Notes under the pieces: model-generated
Database searches by the model: none
Told to the model about the DNA's origin: nothing
Seen by the model: the letters and a program-made list of their open reading frames with translations, nothing else
Made by a program: the position numbers and the translations under genes
Assembly (NCBI RefSeq): GCF_000195955.2
Contig: NC_000962.3
Span: 2,040,001-2,072,000 of the forward strand
Reading direction: 5' to 3'
DNA length: 32,000 bases
From: Mycobacterium tuberculosis H37Rv
GTDB taxonomy: Bacteria > Actinomycetota > Actinomycetes > Mycobacteriales > Mycobacteriaceae
Shown here: one piece after another, positions 19,600 to 31,035 of the stretch
Numbering within the stretch: position 1 is the stretch's first letter
Layout: every line of letters begins with the position of its first letter

Positions 19600-21058
19600 C
19601 ACCGACATACCCGCCACCGTTAGTGCGGAGACCGTGACGTCCTGGTCGGATGACGTCGATGTAACGGTGATTGGTTTCGGCATCGCCGGCGGTTGCGCGG
19701 CGGTCAGCGCGGCCGCCGCCGGCGCCCGGGTACTGGTGCTCGAACGTGCCGCCGCGGCGGGCGGCACCACCGCGCTTGCCGGGGGGCACTTCTACCTGGG
19801 GGGCGGAACCACGGTGCAGCTGGCGACCGGTCATCCCGATTCACCCGAGGAGATGTACAAGTACCTGGTCGCGGTCTCCCGAGAGCCCGATCACGACAAG
19901 ATTCGCGCCTATTGCGACGGCAGCGTCGAGCATTTCAACTGGTTGGAGGGCCTGGGTTTTCAGTTCGAGCGTAGTTACTTTCCCGGCAAGGCTGTGATTC
20001 AACCCAACACCGAGGGCTTGATGTTCACCGGAAATGAGAAGGTGTGGCCATTCCTGGAGTTGGCGGTGCCGGCACCGCGCGGGCACAAGGTACCCGTGCC
20101 GGGCGACACCGGCGGTGCCGCCATGGTGATCGACCTGCTGCTCAAGCGAGCCGCAAGCCTGGGGATACAGATCCGCTACGAGACGGGCGCCACCGAGCTC
20201 ATCGTGGACGGGACCGGCAAGGTAACCGGGGTGATGTGGAAGCGGTTCTCCGAAACCGGTGCAATCAAAGCGAAGTCGGTAATCATCGCGGCCGGCGGAT
20301 TCGTGATGAACCCGGACATGGTGGCCAAATACACTCCGAAACTGGCCGAGAAGCCGTTCGTGCTGGGCAACACCTACGACGACGGGTTGGGCATCCGGCT
20401 GGGTGTATCAGCCGGCGGCGCCACCCAACACATGGACCAGATGTTCATCACGGCTCCGCCGTACCCGCCGTCGATCTTGCTCACCGGCATCATCGTCAAC
20501 AAACTCGGACAGCGGTTCGTCGCCGAGGACTCCTACCATTCCAGGACCGCTGGGTTCATCATGGAACAGCCAGACAGCGCGGCGTATTTGATCGTCGACG
20601 AAGCCCACCTGGAGCACCCCAAGATGCCGCTAGTCCCGTTGATCGACGGCTGGGAAACGGTTGTGGAAATGGAAGCCGCGCTTGGCATTCCACCGGGCAA
20701 CCTGGCGGCGACGCTGGACCGCTACAACGCCTACGCCGCGCGCGGCGCAGATCCCGATTTCCACAAGCAGCCGGAATTCCTTGCAGCACAAGACAACGGG
20801 CCGTGGGGGGCGTTCGACATGTCGCTGGGCAAGGCGATGTATGCCGGATTCACTCTGGGCGGGCTGGCCACGTCGGTGGACGGTCAAGTACTGCGCGACG
20901 ACGGCGCGGTGGTGGCCGGCCTGTACGCGGTCGGGGCATGCGCGTCCAATATCGCCCAGGACGGCAAGGGATATGCCAGCGGGACCCAGCTGGGTGAGGG
21001 GTCGTTTTTCGGGCGTCGCGCCGGAGCGCATGCGGCAGCCCGAGCGCAGGGCATGTAA
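19595..21058 (+). CDS. FAD-binding flavoprotein, fumarate reductase/3-ketosteroid dehydrogenase-like (Rv1817-like)
   Basis: 487 aa; VIGFGIAGGCAAVSAAAAGARVLVLERAAAAGGTTALAGG and the C-terminal GLYAVGACASN FAD motif. Confidence 0.92.
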   Translation: MSTDIPATVSAETVTSWSDDVDVTVIGFGIAGGCAAVSAAAAGARVLVLERAAAAGGTTALAGGHFYLGGGTTVQLATGHPDSPEEMYKYLVAVSREPDHDKIRAYCDGSVEHFNWLEGLGFQFERSYFPGKAVIQPNTEGLMFTGNEKVWPFLELAVPAPRGHKVPVPGDTGGAAMVIDLLLKRAASLGIQIRYETGATELIVDGTGKVTGVMWKRFSETGAIKAKSVIIAAGGFVMNPDMVAKYTPKLAEKPFVLGNTYDDGLGIRLGVSAGGATQHMDQMFITAPPYPPSILLTGIIVNKLGQRFVAEDSYHSRTAGFIMEQPDSAAYLIVDEAHLEHPKMPLVPLIDGWETVVEMEAALGIPPGNLAATLDRYNAYAARGADPDFHKQPEFLAAQDNGPWGAFDMSLGKAMYAGFTLGGLATSVDGQVLRDDGAVVAGLYAVGACASNIAQDGKGYASGTQLGEGSFFGRRAGAHAAARAQGM

Positions 21059-21177
21059 GCCTCCTCGCGCCGCGACTGGGAATCCTGCGACGCGACACGC
21101 CGACAAGGCGTCGTGAGATTCACAGTCGCAGCGCGGCTTCAGGTAAGACGCCGGGAGCGCGGTAGCCGGCCTCCCGG

Positions 21178-22674
21178 CTACGGTAACCCGTTCATCCCGT
21201 TCTTACCCAACAGCCCGCCGGCACCGCCGGTGCCCGCGCTGCCGTTAGGTGTGCCACTCCCGGCGTTGCCGCCGTTGCCGCCGTTGCCGACCAGGATGGC
21301 ACCGCCGCCAGCGCCGCCGTCACCGCCCTTGGCACCGGTGCCGTTTCCTCCGGCGCCGCCGTCACCGCCGTCGCCGATCAGCCCGGCTTTGCCGCCGAGC
21401 CCACCGGCGCCCCCGGCACCGCCGAAGCCGAATCCGCCGGCGCCGCCGGCACCAAACAGCAGGCCCGCAGTGCCGCCGTTTCCGCCGGCGCCGCCCACCC
21501 CGGTAGCGCCACCGCCGAGTGCGCCGGCGCCGCCGGCCCCGCCGGCGCCTACCAGCAGGCCGGCGTTGCCGCCCGCCCCGCCGGCACCGCCGGTAGTGGA
21601 CCCGACCCCACCCGCGCCGCCGGCACCGCCGTCGCCCCAGAGCAGGGCGGACCCGCCGGACCCCCCGGCACCGCCGTTCCCGACCAATCCGATTCCGCCG
21701 GCGCCGCCGGCCCCACCGACGCCGAACAGCCCACCGGCCCCGCCGGCACCACCGGGCCCGCCGGGGGCGGTGCCCAGGAATGCCACACCGTCACCGCCAA
21801 CACCGCCCACCCCGCCGGCGCCGAACAGGAGCCCGCCATTGCCGCCGGCCCCGCCGGCACCGCCGGTGACATTAGTGCCGGTGCCGCCGGCCCCGCCGGC
21901 ACCGCCCACGCCGAAGAACAACCCGCCGTCTCCGCCGGCCCCGCCGTCACCGGCGTCAGCCGCGAGTCCGCCGACGCCGCCGGCCCCGCCGGCGCCGAAC
22001 AGCAGCCCGCCATTGCCGCCGGCCCCGCCGGCCCCACCAATACCGCCCACCCCACCACCGGCGCGTCCGCCGGCGCCGCCGGCCCCGCCGGCGCCGTAGA
22101 GCAGCCCGCCGGCCCCGCCGGCCCCGCCGAACCCTGCGGTGCCGGACGCTACGTTCCCCCCGGCGCCGCCGGCCCCGCCGTTGCCGAACAGGCCAGCGGC
22201 TCCGCCGTTGCCCCCGGGCATGCCGGCCGCGCCGGAGCCGCCGGCCCCGCCGTTGCCGATCAAGATTCCGCCGTCGCCGCCGTTTGCCCCGGTCCCCGGG
22301 GCCCCGTTGGCTCCGTTACCGATCAGTGGGCGCCCCAACAGCGCCAGGGCGGGGGCGTTGATCACGTCGAGCACACCCTCTAGCGGGGCCGCGCTGGCGG
22401 CCTCGGCGGCCGCATACGAGCCCGCCCCGGCGGTGAGCGCCCGCACGAACTGCTCGTGAAACAGCGCCGCCTGGGCGCTCAGCGCCTGATAGGCCTGGGC
22501 GTGTCCGGAGAACAATGCCGCCATCGCCGCCGACACCTCATCGGCGGCGGCGGCCAACACCGTCGTGGTCGGGACCGCGGCGGCCGCGTTGGCGGTGCCG
22601 ATCGTCGACCCGATACCCGCCAAATCGGTCGCCACCGCCGCTAGCGCCTCCGGGATCGTGACCACAAATGACAT
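21178..22674 (-). CDS. PE_PGRS33: PE_PGRS33 (Rv1818c-like)
   Basis: Start at [26 protein letters not shown] gives 498 aa; PE domain, GRPLIGNG linker, PGRS repeats. Confidence 0.97.
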   Translation of the reverse strand: MSFVVTIPEALAAVATDLAGIGSTIGTANAAAAVPTTTVLAAAADEVSAAMAALFSGHAQAYQALSAQAALFHEQFVRALTAGAGSYAAAEAASAAPLEGVLDVINAPALALLGRPLIGNGANGAPGTGANGGDGGILIGNGGAGGSGAAGMPGGNGGAAGLFGNGGAGGAGGNVASGTAGFGGAGGAGGLLYGAGGAGGAGGRAGGGVGGIGGAGGAGGNGGLLFGAGGAGGVGGLAADAGDGGAGGDGGLFFGVGGAGGAGGTGTNVTGGAGGAGGNGGLLFGAGGVGGVGGDGVAFLGTAPGGPGGAGGAGGLFGVGGAGGAGGIGLVGNGGAGGSGGSALLWGDGGAGGAGGVGSTTGGAGGAGGNAGLLVGAGGAGGAGALGGGATGVGGAGGNGGTAGLLFGAGGAGGFGFGGAGGAGGLGGKAGLIGDGGDGGAGGNGTGAKGGDGGAGGGAILVGNGGNGGNAGSGTPNGSAGTGGAGGLLGKNGMNGLP

Positions 22675-22808
22675 CTGGCACCTCGTCAACACCCTGTGGC
22701 CCCGGCGCGGGGCCGCTACCGATCGCCTGGTCACTCCCCAGAGATCGACGGATTCAGCGTATCGCGATCACGGAAGCGGCCACGCCGATTTGGGAAGCTC
22801 GTCCCGGC

Positions 22809-24728
22809 TTACACTTCGGCGGGCGCCGCCTCGACTGGGGCCAGCCGCCATTGGCCGCCACCGAGTAGTTCGAGCTGGTTTTCGTGCAGCCGCTCGAGGG
22901 CGGGGCGATGGCTGACGCTGATCACGATGCAGTCCGGCAGCTCGCTGCGCAGCAATTGGTAGAGCGCAAACTCCAGCCCGGTGTCCAGCGCCGAGGTACT
23001 TTCGTCGAGGAAGACCGCCTTGGGTTTGGTGAGCAGGATGCGAGCAAAGGCAACACGTTGCTGCTCACCGGGGGAGAGCACCTTGGCCCAGTCGCGTTCC
23101 TCGTCCAGCCGGTCACACAGTGGGGCCAGCGCCACCTTGGTCAGCGTGTCCCGCAGGGTGGCGTCGGGGATGGCGGCCGCAGAGTTGGGGTAGCACACCA
23201 CGTCACGCAGCGTCCCCAGCGGCACATACGGCAACTGCGACAAGAACATCGTCTCGTTCTCGCCGCCCGGCCGGTGCAGGGTCCCCGATGCGTAGGGCCA
23301 CAGTTCCGCCAGACTGCGCAGCAGCGTGGTCTTGCCGGCCCCAGAACGCCCGGTGATCACCAGCGAGCCTCCGCGGTCCAGCCGCACATCGAGCGGGTCG
23401 ATCAACCGATCGCCGGCAGGCGTACGCACCTCGATGTCGTTGAGCTCGACGGACTCGTCGTCGCTCGGTCGGGTCAGGACCGCGGGCAGGGCGCGGCCTT
23501 TCTCGTTGGCGTCGACCAGCCCATGCAATCGGATGATTGCTGCGCGGAAGGACGCAAACGCGTCGTAGTTGTTGCGGAAGAACGACAACGAGTCGTGAAT
23601 GTTGCCGAAGGAAGTCGCCGTCTGCCCGACATCGCCGAAGTCGATCTGCCCGGCGAATAATCGAGGCGCCTGGATGACCCACGGCAACGGAACAATTGTC
23701 TGGCTCACCGACAGATTCCATCCATTGAATGCGATGCTGCGCCGAACGTAGCGACGGTAATTGTCGATCACCGGCGTGAACCGCCGCTGTAGCTGGGTAC
23801 CTTCCACCCGCTCGCCGCGGTAGAAACCCACCGCCTCGGCGGCGTCGCGTAGCCGAACCAGCGCGTAACGGAAAGCGGCATTGAGCTTTTCATTGCGGAA
23901 GCTGAGCCAGATCAGGGGCCGCCCGATGATGAACGAGATGACCGTGGCCACGAACACATAGACCAGCACGGTCCAGAACATTGCGCGCGGGATGGACACG
24001 CCGAAGATATTCAGGGTGCCCGAGAGATTCCACAGGATCGCTGTGAAAGAAATCACCGAAATGATCGACTGCACGGCCCCGAAAAGCAGCGTGCTGGCCG
24101 TCCCGTTGGAGGGAGCATTCGGAGTGCCGCCTGCCCCGGCGGTGAAGATATCGACGTCTTGCTGAATGCGCTGGTCGGGGTTGTCGATCGTTTCGTCGAT
24201 GAACAGGTCTCGGTAGTAGGCCCTGCCGTCGAGCCAGTCTTGTGTGAGGTGGTGGGTTAGCCAGACCCTCCAGGCGATGATGAAGCGCTGCGTCAAGTAG
24301 ATGTCGGCCATGACCCGGGTCACGTGCAGCACGGCCATCACGCTGAAAACCCCGATCGACATCCAAAATCCTCGCACGCCTGAGCGTTTGACCGTGCCAT
24401 CGCCAGAGGCGATGCCCTCGAAGGCCTTCTGCAAGGCCGTGTACATGTCGTTGCCTTGGTAGCTGAATAGCACATTCAGGCGCACTGCCAGCACTACCGA
24501 AAGCAACAACACGCCGAGCATCAGCCACACGCGAACGCTGTTGGGGCCAACGAAGTATGCGCGGGTGATCCGCCAGAACTGCCGGCCCCAGGGCGTCAAA
24601 TACCTGAGCAGAACCAATATCGCGAGCACACAGATGGCACTGATCGTCCAGGCTTTGCCGACCCAATACACGGAATCCGGGAATGCTCTAGACCAATCGA
24701 TGGACGGCTTAAACAATTTCGGGCCCAA
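22809..24728 (-). CDS. bacA: SbmA/BacA-like ABC transporter (Rv1819c-like; vitamin B12/hydrophilic solute uptake)
   Basis: TTG start at 24728 gives 639 aa. N-terminal TM region; Walker [10 protein letters not shown], signature LSPGEQQR, Walker B AVFLDES. Confidence 0.95.
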
Positions 24729-24798
24729 GGTCGACGTCTCCTCACAAACAGAAATCCTTCGGGCGAAGGTACCCGAAGGTTGTCGATAGGCTGCCGAT

Positions 24799-26442
24799 AT
24801 GAGCACCGACACCGCCCCGGCCCAGACCATGCATGCTGGCCGGCTTATCGCGCGCCGACTTAAAGCCAGTGGTATCGACACGGTCTTCACGTTGTCGGGC
24901 GGCCACCTGTTTTCCATCTACGACGGCTGCCGTGAGGAGGGCATCCGCCTGATCGACACCCGCCACGAACAAACCGCCGCCTTTGCCGCCGAAGGCTGGT
25001 CGAAGGTGACCAGGGTGCCGGGCGTGGCCGCGCTCACCGCGGGGCCGGGGATCACCAACGGGATGAGCGCGATGGCGGCGGCCCAGCAGAACCAGTCACC
25101 ACTGGTGGTGCTCGGCGGCCGGGCGCCGGCGCTGCGCTGGGGTATGGGCTCCCTGCAGGAGATCGATCACGTGCCGTTTGTGGCGCCGGTGGCCCGCTTC
25201 GCCGCTACAGCGCAGTCAGCCGAGAACGCGGGCCTGCTGGTCGATCAGGCGTTGCAGGCGGCGGTGAGTGCGCCGTCGGGTGTGGCATTCGTCGACTTCC
25301 CGATGGATCACGCGTTCTCCATGTCCTCAGACAATGGCCGCCCCGGCGCGCTCACCGAGCTACCGGCCGGTCCCACCCCAGCCGGCGACGCCCTGGACCG
25401 GGCGGCGGGCCTGCTTTCGACGGCCCAGCGTCCGGTCATCATGGCAGGTACCAACGTCTGGTGGGGCCATGCGGAGGCGGCATTGCTGCGTCTTGTCGAG
25501 GAACGGCACATTCCGGTGCTGATGAACGGGATGGCGCGCGGCGTGGTGCCCGCCGATCACCGGTTGGCCTTCTCACGGGCGCGGTCAAAAGCGCTGGGGG
25601 AGGCTGATGTCGCGCTGATCGTCGGTGTGCCGATGGATTTCCGTCTGGGCTTCGGTGGGGTATTCGGGTCGACAACGCAGCTCATCGTGGCAGACCGCGT
25701 CGAACCCGCACGCGAACATCCGCGACCAGTCGCGGCGGGGCTCTATGGGGATCTGACCGCCACCCTTTCGGCGCTGGCCGGATCTGGCGGCACCGACCAC
25801 CAGGGCTGGATCGAGGAGCTCGCGACGGCCGAGACCATGGCGCGTGATCTCGAGAAGGCCGAGCTGGTCGATGACCGGATCCCATTGCATCCGATGCGGG
25901 TGTACGCCGAGCTGGCCGCGCTGCTGGAGCGGGATGCTCTAGTCGTTATCGATGCGGGCGATTTCGGGTCGTACGCCGGCCGGATGATCGACAGCTATCT
26001 GCCAGGCTGTTGGCTGGACAGCGGTCCGTTTGGCTGCCTGGGGTCGGGTCCCGGCTACGCCCTGGCTGCCAAACTGGCGCGGCCGCAGCGCCAGGTCGTG
26101 CTCTTGCAGGGCGACGGCGCGTTCGGGTTCAGCGGCATGGAATGGGACACGCTGGTTCGGCACAACGTGGCGGTCGTGTCAGTGATCGGCAACAACGGCA
26201 TCTGGGGTTTGGAGAAGCACCCGATGGAAGCGTTGTACGGCTATTCGGTGGTGGCCGAACTGCGCCCGGGAACCCGCTACGACGAGGTGGTGCGCGCACT
26301 GGGCGGCCACGGCGAGCTGGTGTCGGTGCCCGCTGAACTTCGGCCGGCGCTGGAACGGGCCTTTGCCAGTGGCCTGCCCGCTGTGGTCAACGTGCTCACC
26401 GACCCAAGCGTGGCTTATCCACGCCGATCCAACCTGGCTTGA
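24799..26442 (+). CDS. ilvG: Thiamine-diphosphate-dependent acetolactate synthase-like protein
   Basis: 547 aa; ThDP-binding motif [29 protein letters not shown]; N-terminal [32 protein letters not shown]. Confidence 0.93.
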
Positions 26443-26456
26443 CGTCCAGCCGGGCC

Positions 26457-28883
26457 GTGAACGTGCACGGTTGTCCACGAATTGCGGCCTGTCGGTGTAC
26501 AGACACGCACCCTCGCGGCCGGCCGGCATTCGCGTACCGTTGGTTTGTGCCCAAGACCACCCGCGCTCAACCCGGCCGGCTGAGCAGCCGATTCTGGCGA
26601 TTGCTCGGCGCCAGCACCGAAAAGAACCGGAGCCGCTCCCTGGCGGATGTAACCGCTTCGGCAGAATACGACAAGGAAGCTGCCGATCTGTCCGACGAGA
26701 AGCTGCGTAAGGCGGCAGGCCTGCTCAACCTCGACGACCTCGCGGAGTCCGCCGATATCCCGCAGTTTCTCGCGATTGCCCGGGAAGCCGCCGAGCGGAG
26801 GACCGGGCTGCGACCATTTGATGTGCAGTTGCTTGGCGCGTTGCGCATGCTCGCCGGAGACGTGATCGAGATGGCCACCGGTGAGGGCAAAACCCTTGCC
26901 GGGGCGATCGCGGCCGCCGGTTATGCGCTGGCCGGCCGGCACGTGCACGTCGTGACGATTAACGATTACCTGGCCCGCCGCGATGCGGAGTGGATGGGCC
27001 CGCTGCTGGACGCGATGGGCCTGACGGTCGGCTGGATCACCGCGGACTCGACCCCTGACGAGCGCCGGACCGCATATGACCGTGATGTCACCTATGCCTC
27101 GGTCAACGAGATTGGCTTCGATGTACTGCGCGATCAGTTGGTGACTGATGTCAATGACCTGGTATCGCCCAATCCAGACGTGGCTCTCATCGACGAAGCC
27201 GACTCCGTGCTGGTCGACGAGGCGCTGGTGCCCCTGGTGCTGGCCGGAACCACACATCGTGAGACGCCGCGGCTGGAGATCATCCGGCTGGTCGCTGAGC
27301 TTGTTGGCGACAAGGACGCCGACGAGTACTTTGCCACCGATTCCGATAACCGCAATGTCCACTTGACCGAGCACGGGGCACGCAAAGTCGAGAAAGCGCT
27401 CGGTGGCATCGACCTGTACTCCGAGGAGCACGTCGGCACCACACTGACTGAGGTCAATGTCGCGCTGCACGCGCATGTGCTCCTGCAACGCGACGTGCAC
27501 TACATCGTCCGCGACGACGCGGTGCACCTGATCAACGCGTCGCGTGGCCGTATCGCGCAACTGCAGCGCTGGCCGGACGGGTTGCAAGCTGCGGTCGAGG
27601 CCAAGGAAGGTATCGAGACCACGGAAACTGGGGAAGTGCTCGACACCATCACGGTGCAGGCCCTGATCAACCGGTATGCGACTGTGTGCGGAATGACGGG
27701 AACCGCGCTGGCCGCCGGTGAGCAGCTACGGCAGTTCTACCAGCTCGGTGTCTCACCGATACCACCGAACAAGCCAAACATCCGCGAGGACGAGGCCGAC
27801 CGGGTCTACATCACCACTGCAGCCAAGAACGACGGGATCGTCGAGCACATCACCGAGGTGCACCAGAGGGGGCAGCCTGTGCTGGTCGGTACCCGCGACG
27901 TGGCCGAATCCGAGGAACTGCACGAACGCCTGGTGCGCCGCGGTGTGCCCGCCGTGGTGCTCAACGCGAAGAACGACGCCGAGGAGGCCCGGGTCATCGC
28001 CGAGGCCGGCAAATACGGCGCGGTCACGGTGTCAACTCAAATGGCCGGGCGCGGCACCGACATCAGGCTCGGCGGGTCCGACGAAGCTGACCACGACAGG
28101 GTCGCGGAATTGGGCGGCCTGCACGTGGTCGGCACTGGCCGTCACCACACCGAGCGGCTAGACAACCAGCTGCGCGGTCGGGCCGGGCGCCAGGGAGATC
28201 CCGGGTCGTCGGTGTTTTTCTCAAGCTGGGAAGACGATGTCGTTGCGGCCAACCTCGACCACAACAAGCTGCCGATGGCAACCGACGAAAATGGCCGGAT
28301 TGTCAGCCCGAGGACGGGTAGTCTGCTCGACCATGCCCAGCGCGTTGCCGAGGGCCGGTTATTGGATGTGCACGCCAACACGTGGCGCTACAACCAGCTG
28401 ATCGCCCAGCAGCGCGCCATCATCGTCGAACGGCGTAACACGTTGTTGCGCACCGTAACCGCGCGTGAGGAACTCGCCGAACTGGCGCCTAAGCGGTACG
28501 AGGAGCTGTCCGACAAAGTATCCGAGGAACGCCTCGAGACGATTTGTCGGCAGATCATGCTGTATCACCTCGACCGTGGCTGGGCCGATCACCTGGCGTA
28601 TCTGGCCGACATCCGGGAGAGCATCCATCTACGCGCGCTGGGCCGGCAGAACCCACTCGACGAGTTTCACCGGATGGCTGTGGACGCGTTCGCGTCGCTG
28701 GCCGCCGACGCCATCGAGGCGGCTCAACAGACGTTCGAAACCGCGAACGTCCTTGACCACGAGCCGGGGCTGGACCTGTCCAAACTGGCCCGGCCGACGT
28801 CGACATGGACCTACATGGTCAATGACAACCCACTGTCCGATGACACGCTTTCTGCCCTCAGTCTGCCCGGGGTGTTCCGCTGA
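26457..28883 (+). CDS. secA2: Accessory preprotein translocase ATPase SecA2 (start uncertain; alternative GTG at 26547 gives 778 aa)
   Basis: SecA motifs MATGEGKT (Walker A), [40 protein letters not shown]; shorter than canonical SecA and without the C-terminal zinc-binding tail. Confidence 0.97.
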   Translation: MNVHGCPRIAACRCTDTHPRGRPAFAYRWFVPKTTRAQPGRLSSRFWRLLGASTEKNRSRSLADVTASAEYDKEAADLSDEKLRKAAGLLNLDDLAESADIPQFLAIAREAAERRTGLRPFDVQLLGALRMLAGDVIEMATGEGKTLAGAIAAAGYALAGRHVHVVTINDYLARRDAEWMGPLLDAMGLTVGWITADSTPDERRTAYDRDVTYASVNEIGFDVLRDQLVTDVNDLVSPNPDVALIDEADSVLVDEALVPLVLAGTTHRETPRLEIIRLVAELVGDKDADEYFATDSDNRNVHLTEHGARKVEKALGGIDLYSEEHVGTTLTEVNVALHAHVLLQRDVHYIVRDDAVHLINASRGRIAQLQRWPDGLQAAVEAKEGIETTETGEVLDTITVQALINRYATVCGMTGTALAAGEQLRQFYQLGVSPIPPNKPNIREDEADRVYITTAAKNDGIVEHITEVHQRGQPVLVGTRDVAESEELHERLVRRGVPAVVLNAKNDAEEARVIAEAGKYGAVTVSTQMAGRGTDIRLGGSDEADHDRVAELGGLHVVGTGRHHTERLDNQLRGRAGRQGDPGSSVFFSSWEDDVVAANLDHNKLPMATDENGRIVSPRTGSLLDHAQRVAEGRLLDVHANTWRYNQLIAQQRAIIVERRNTLLRTVTAREELAELAPKRYEELSDKVSEERLETICRQIMLYHLDRGWADHLAYLADIRESIHLRALGRQNPLDEFHRMAVDAFASLAADAIEAAQQTFETANVLDHEPGLDLSKLARPTSTWTYMVNDNPLSDDTLSALSLPGVFR

Positions 28884-28901
28884 GCTGCCCAGCGTAAGCG
28901 C

Positions 28902-28957
28902 CGAGCGTAACGCCACTGCGAAATTTCGGGCAGAAAATCGCAGTGGCGTTACGCTCG
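28902..28957. terminator. 20-bp perfect inverted repeat just downstream of secA2 (possible terminator or dispersed palindromic element)
   Basis: CGAGCGTAACGCCACTGCGA (28902-28921), 16-nt loop, TCGCAGTGGCGTTACGCTCG (28938-28957). Confidence 0.7.
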
Positions 28958-28975
28958 CGGCTAGGGGTGCCCCCA

Positions 28976-29067
28976 CAGCCCGCCGTTTCGGCGCGCATCG
29001 TCGCCAGGCTAGATCCGATTGCCCGGCTCCTCAGCCCGCCGTTTCGGCGCGCATCGTCGCCAGGCTA
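28976..29067. repeat. Direct repeat, 36 bp x2, period 56 bp, secA2-pgsA2 intergenic
   Basis: CAGCCCGCCGTTTCGGCGCGCATCGTCGCCAGGCTA at 28976-29011 and 29032-29067. Confidence 0.9.
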
Positions 29068-29079
29068 AGGTCACGGCTC

Positions 29080-29709
29080 ATGGAGCCGGTGCTCACGCAG
29101 AATCGGGTGCTGACTGTCCCCAACATGTTGAGCGTTATTCGCCTCGCGCTCATCCCAGCATTCGTCTACGTCGTGCTCAGCGCGCACGCCAATGGCTGGG
29201 GGGTAGCGATCCTGGTGTTCAGTGGCGTTTCGGACTGGGCTGATGGCAAGATTGCACGGCTACTAAACCAGTCATCGCGGCTGGGCGCGCTGCTGGACCC
29301 GGCCGTTGATCGCCTCTACATGGTCACTGTTCCTATCGTGTTTGGCCTGAGCGGCATCGTGCCGTGGTGGTTTGTCCTTACGTTGCTGACCCGCGATGCG
29401 CTGCTGGCTGGGACGCTGCCGCTGCTATGGAGCCGTGGACTGTCAGCGCTACCGGTGACCTACGTCGGTAAGGCAGCGACTTTCGGCTTCATGGTTGGCT
29501 TTCCGACCATTCTGTTGGGGCAATGCGATCCATTGTGGAGCCATGTGCTGCTGGCCTGTGGTTGGGCATTCTTGATCTGGGGTATGTATGCCTACTTGTG
29601 GGCCTTCGTGCTGTATGCAGTGCAGATGACGATGGTGGTGCGGCAGATGCCTAAGCTCAAGGGCAGGGCTCATCGGCCGGCGGCCCAGAACGCTGGTGAA
29701 CGTGGCTGA
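29080..29709 (+). CDS. pgsA2: CDP-alcohol phosphatidyltransferase (PgsA2)
   Basis: 209 aa; canonical motif DG-x2-AR-x8-G-x3-D-x3-D: [23 protein letters not shown]. Confidence 0.94.
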
Positions 29710-30625
29710 GTCTGACCGGCTGCTCGGCGGCTACGACCCCAACGCCGGCTACAGCGCCCACGCAGGGGCGCAGCCACAACGCATCCCGGTTCCGTCGTTG
29801 CTGCGCGCGCTGCTATCAGAGCATCTGGATGCTGGATACGCGGCGGTTGCCGCCGAGCGCGAGCGTGCTGCGGCACCACGGTGTTGGCAAGCCCGCGCCG
29901 TCAGCTGGATGTGGCAGGCATTGGCCGCGACCCTAGTCGCCGCCGTGTTCGCTGCCGCGGTAGCGCAGGCGCGCTCGGTGGCACCCGGCGTGCGCGCCGC
30001 CCAACAGTTGCTCGTTGCGAGTGTGCGATCAACCCAGGCCGCCGCGACCACGTTGGCTCAACGGCGCAGCACACTCTCGGCGAAAGTCGACGACGTGCGG
30101 CGGATCGTACTCGCAGACGACGCCGAGGGACAGCGGCTGCTGGCCCGTCTCGACGTGCTTAGCCTGGCCGCGGCCAGCGCACCGGTTGTCGGGCCTGGTC
30201 TGACGGTGACCGTGACCGATCCCGGTGCGAGCCCTAATCTTTCCGACGTGTCCAAGCAGCGGGTCAGCGGTAGCCAGCAAATCATCCTCGACCGCGATTT
30301 GCAGCTCGTCGTCAACTCACTGTGGGAAAGTGGCGCCGAGGCCATCTCGATCGATGGCGTCCGGATCGGGCCGAACGTCACGATCCGGCAAGCCGGCGGA
30401 GCAATCTTGGTCGACAATAATCCCACGAGTAGTCCCTACACCATCTTGGCGGTCGGGCCGCCACATGCCATGCAGGACGTCTTCGATCGCAGCGCCGGGC
30501 TGTACCGCCTGCGGCTGCTGGAGACCTCCTACGGTGTCGGCGTCAGTGTGAACGTCGGCGACGGTCTGGCATTGCCTGCCGGTGCGACCCGGGATGTCAA
30601 GTTCGCCAAACAGATTGGGCCCTAG
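29702..30625 (+). CDS. DUF881 family protein (Rv1823-like)
   Basis: 307 aa from GTG overlapping the pgsA2 stop by 8 bp; one TM helix, coiled segment, C-terminal [13 protein letters not shown]...[10 protein letters not shown]. Confidence 0.88.
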
Positions 30626-30653
30626 TGAGAGAAGTCCTGGTGAATAGGAAACC

Positions 30654-31019
30654 ATGGGGAGCGATACGGCCTGGAGTCCGGCGCGCATGATCGGGATCGC
30701 GGCGCTCGCCGTTGGAATCGTGCTGGGTTTGGTTTTCCATCCCGGCGTGCCAGAGGTCATCCAGCCGTATCTGCCGATCGCGGTGGTCGCCGCGCTCGAC
30801 GCGGTGTTCGGTGGCTTGCGCGCCTATCTCGAGCGGATCTTTGACCCGAAGGTCTTCGTGGTTTCGTTCGTGTTCAACGTTTTGGTGGCTGCCCTAATCG
30901 TCTATGTCGGTGACCAACTGGGCGTCGGCACACAGTTGTCCACCGCGATCATCGTCGTGCTGGGCATCCGCATCTTCGGCAACACCGCGGCCTTGCGGCG
31001 GCGGTTGTTCGGAGCGTGA
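30654..31019 (+). CDS. Small basic protein, DUF1290/Sbp family (Rv1824-like)
   Basis: 121 aa; GIVLGLVFHPGVPEVIQPYLPIAVVAALDAVFGGLRAYLE. Confidence 0.9.
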   Translation: MGSDTAWSPARMIGIAALAVGIVLGLVFHPGVPEVIQPYLPIAVVAALDAVFGGLRAYLERIFDPKVFVVSFVFNVLVAALIVYVGDQLGVGTQLSTAIIVVLGIRIFGNTAALRRRLFGA

Positions 31020-31035
31020 CGGAGATGAGATCACC

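Noticed and set aside
21113-22099. 328-aa Pro-rich + strand ORF over PE_PGRS33
   Set aside because: Mirror of the Gly/Ala repeats of the real minus-strand PE_PGRS33 CDS.
22884-24666. Long ORFs overlapping bacA in other frames (22884-23660 +, 23203-23721 -, 23890-24666 -)
   Set aside because: Shadow frames of a well-supported ABC transporter gene.
24729-24917. Upstream extension of the bacA ORF to the ATG at 24917
   Set aside because: Runs antisense into ilvG. The TTG at 24728 gives the expected 639-aa SbmA/BacA-like protein.
28465-29079. Upstream extension of the pgsA2 ORF into secA2
   Set aside because: Out-of-frame reading of the secA2 3' end and of the repeats; the [22 protein letters not shown] start is family-typical.
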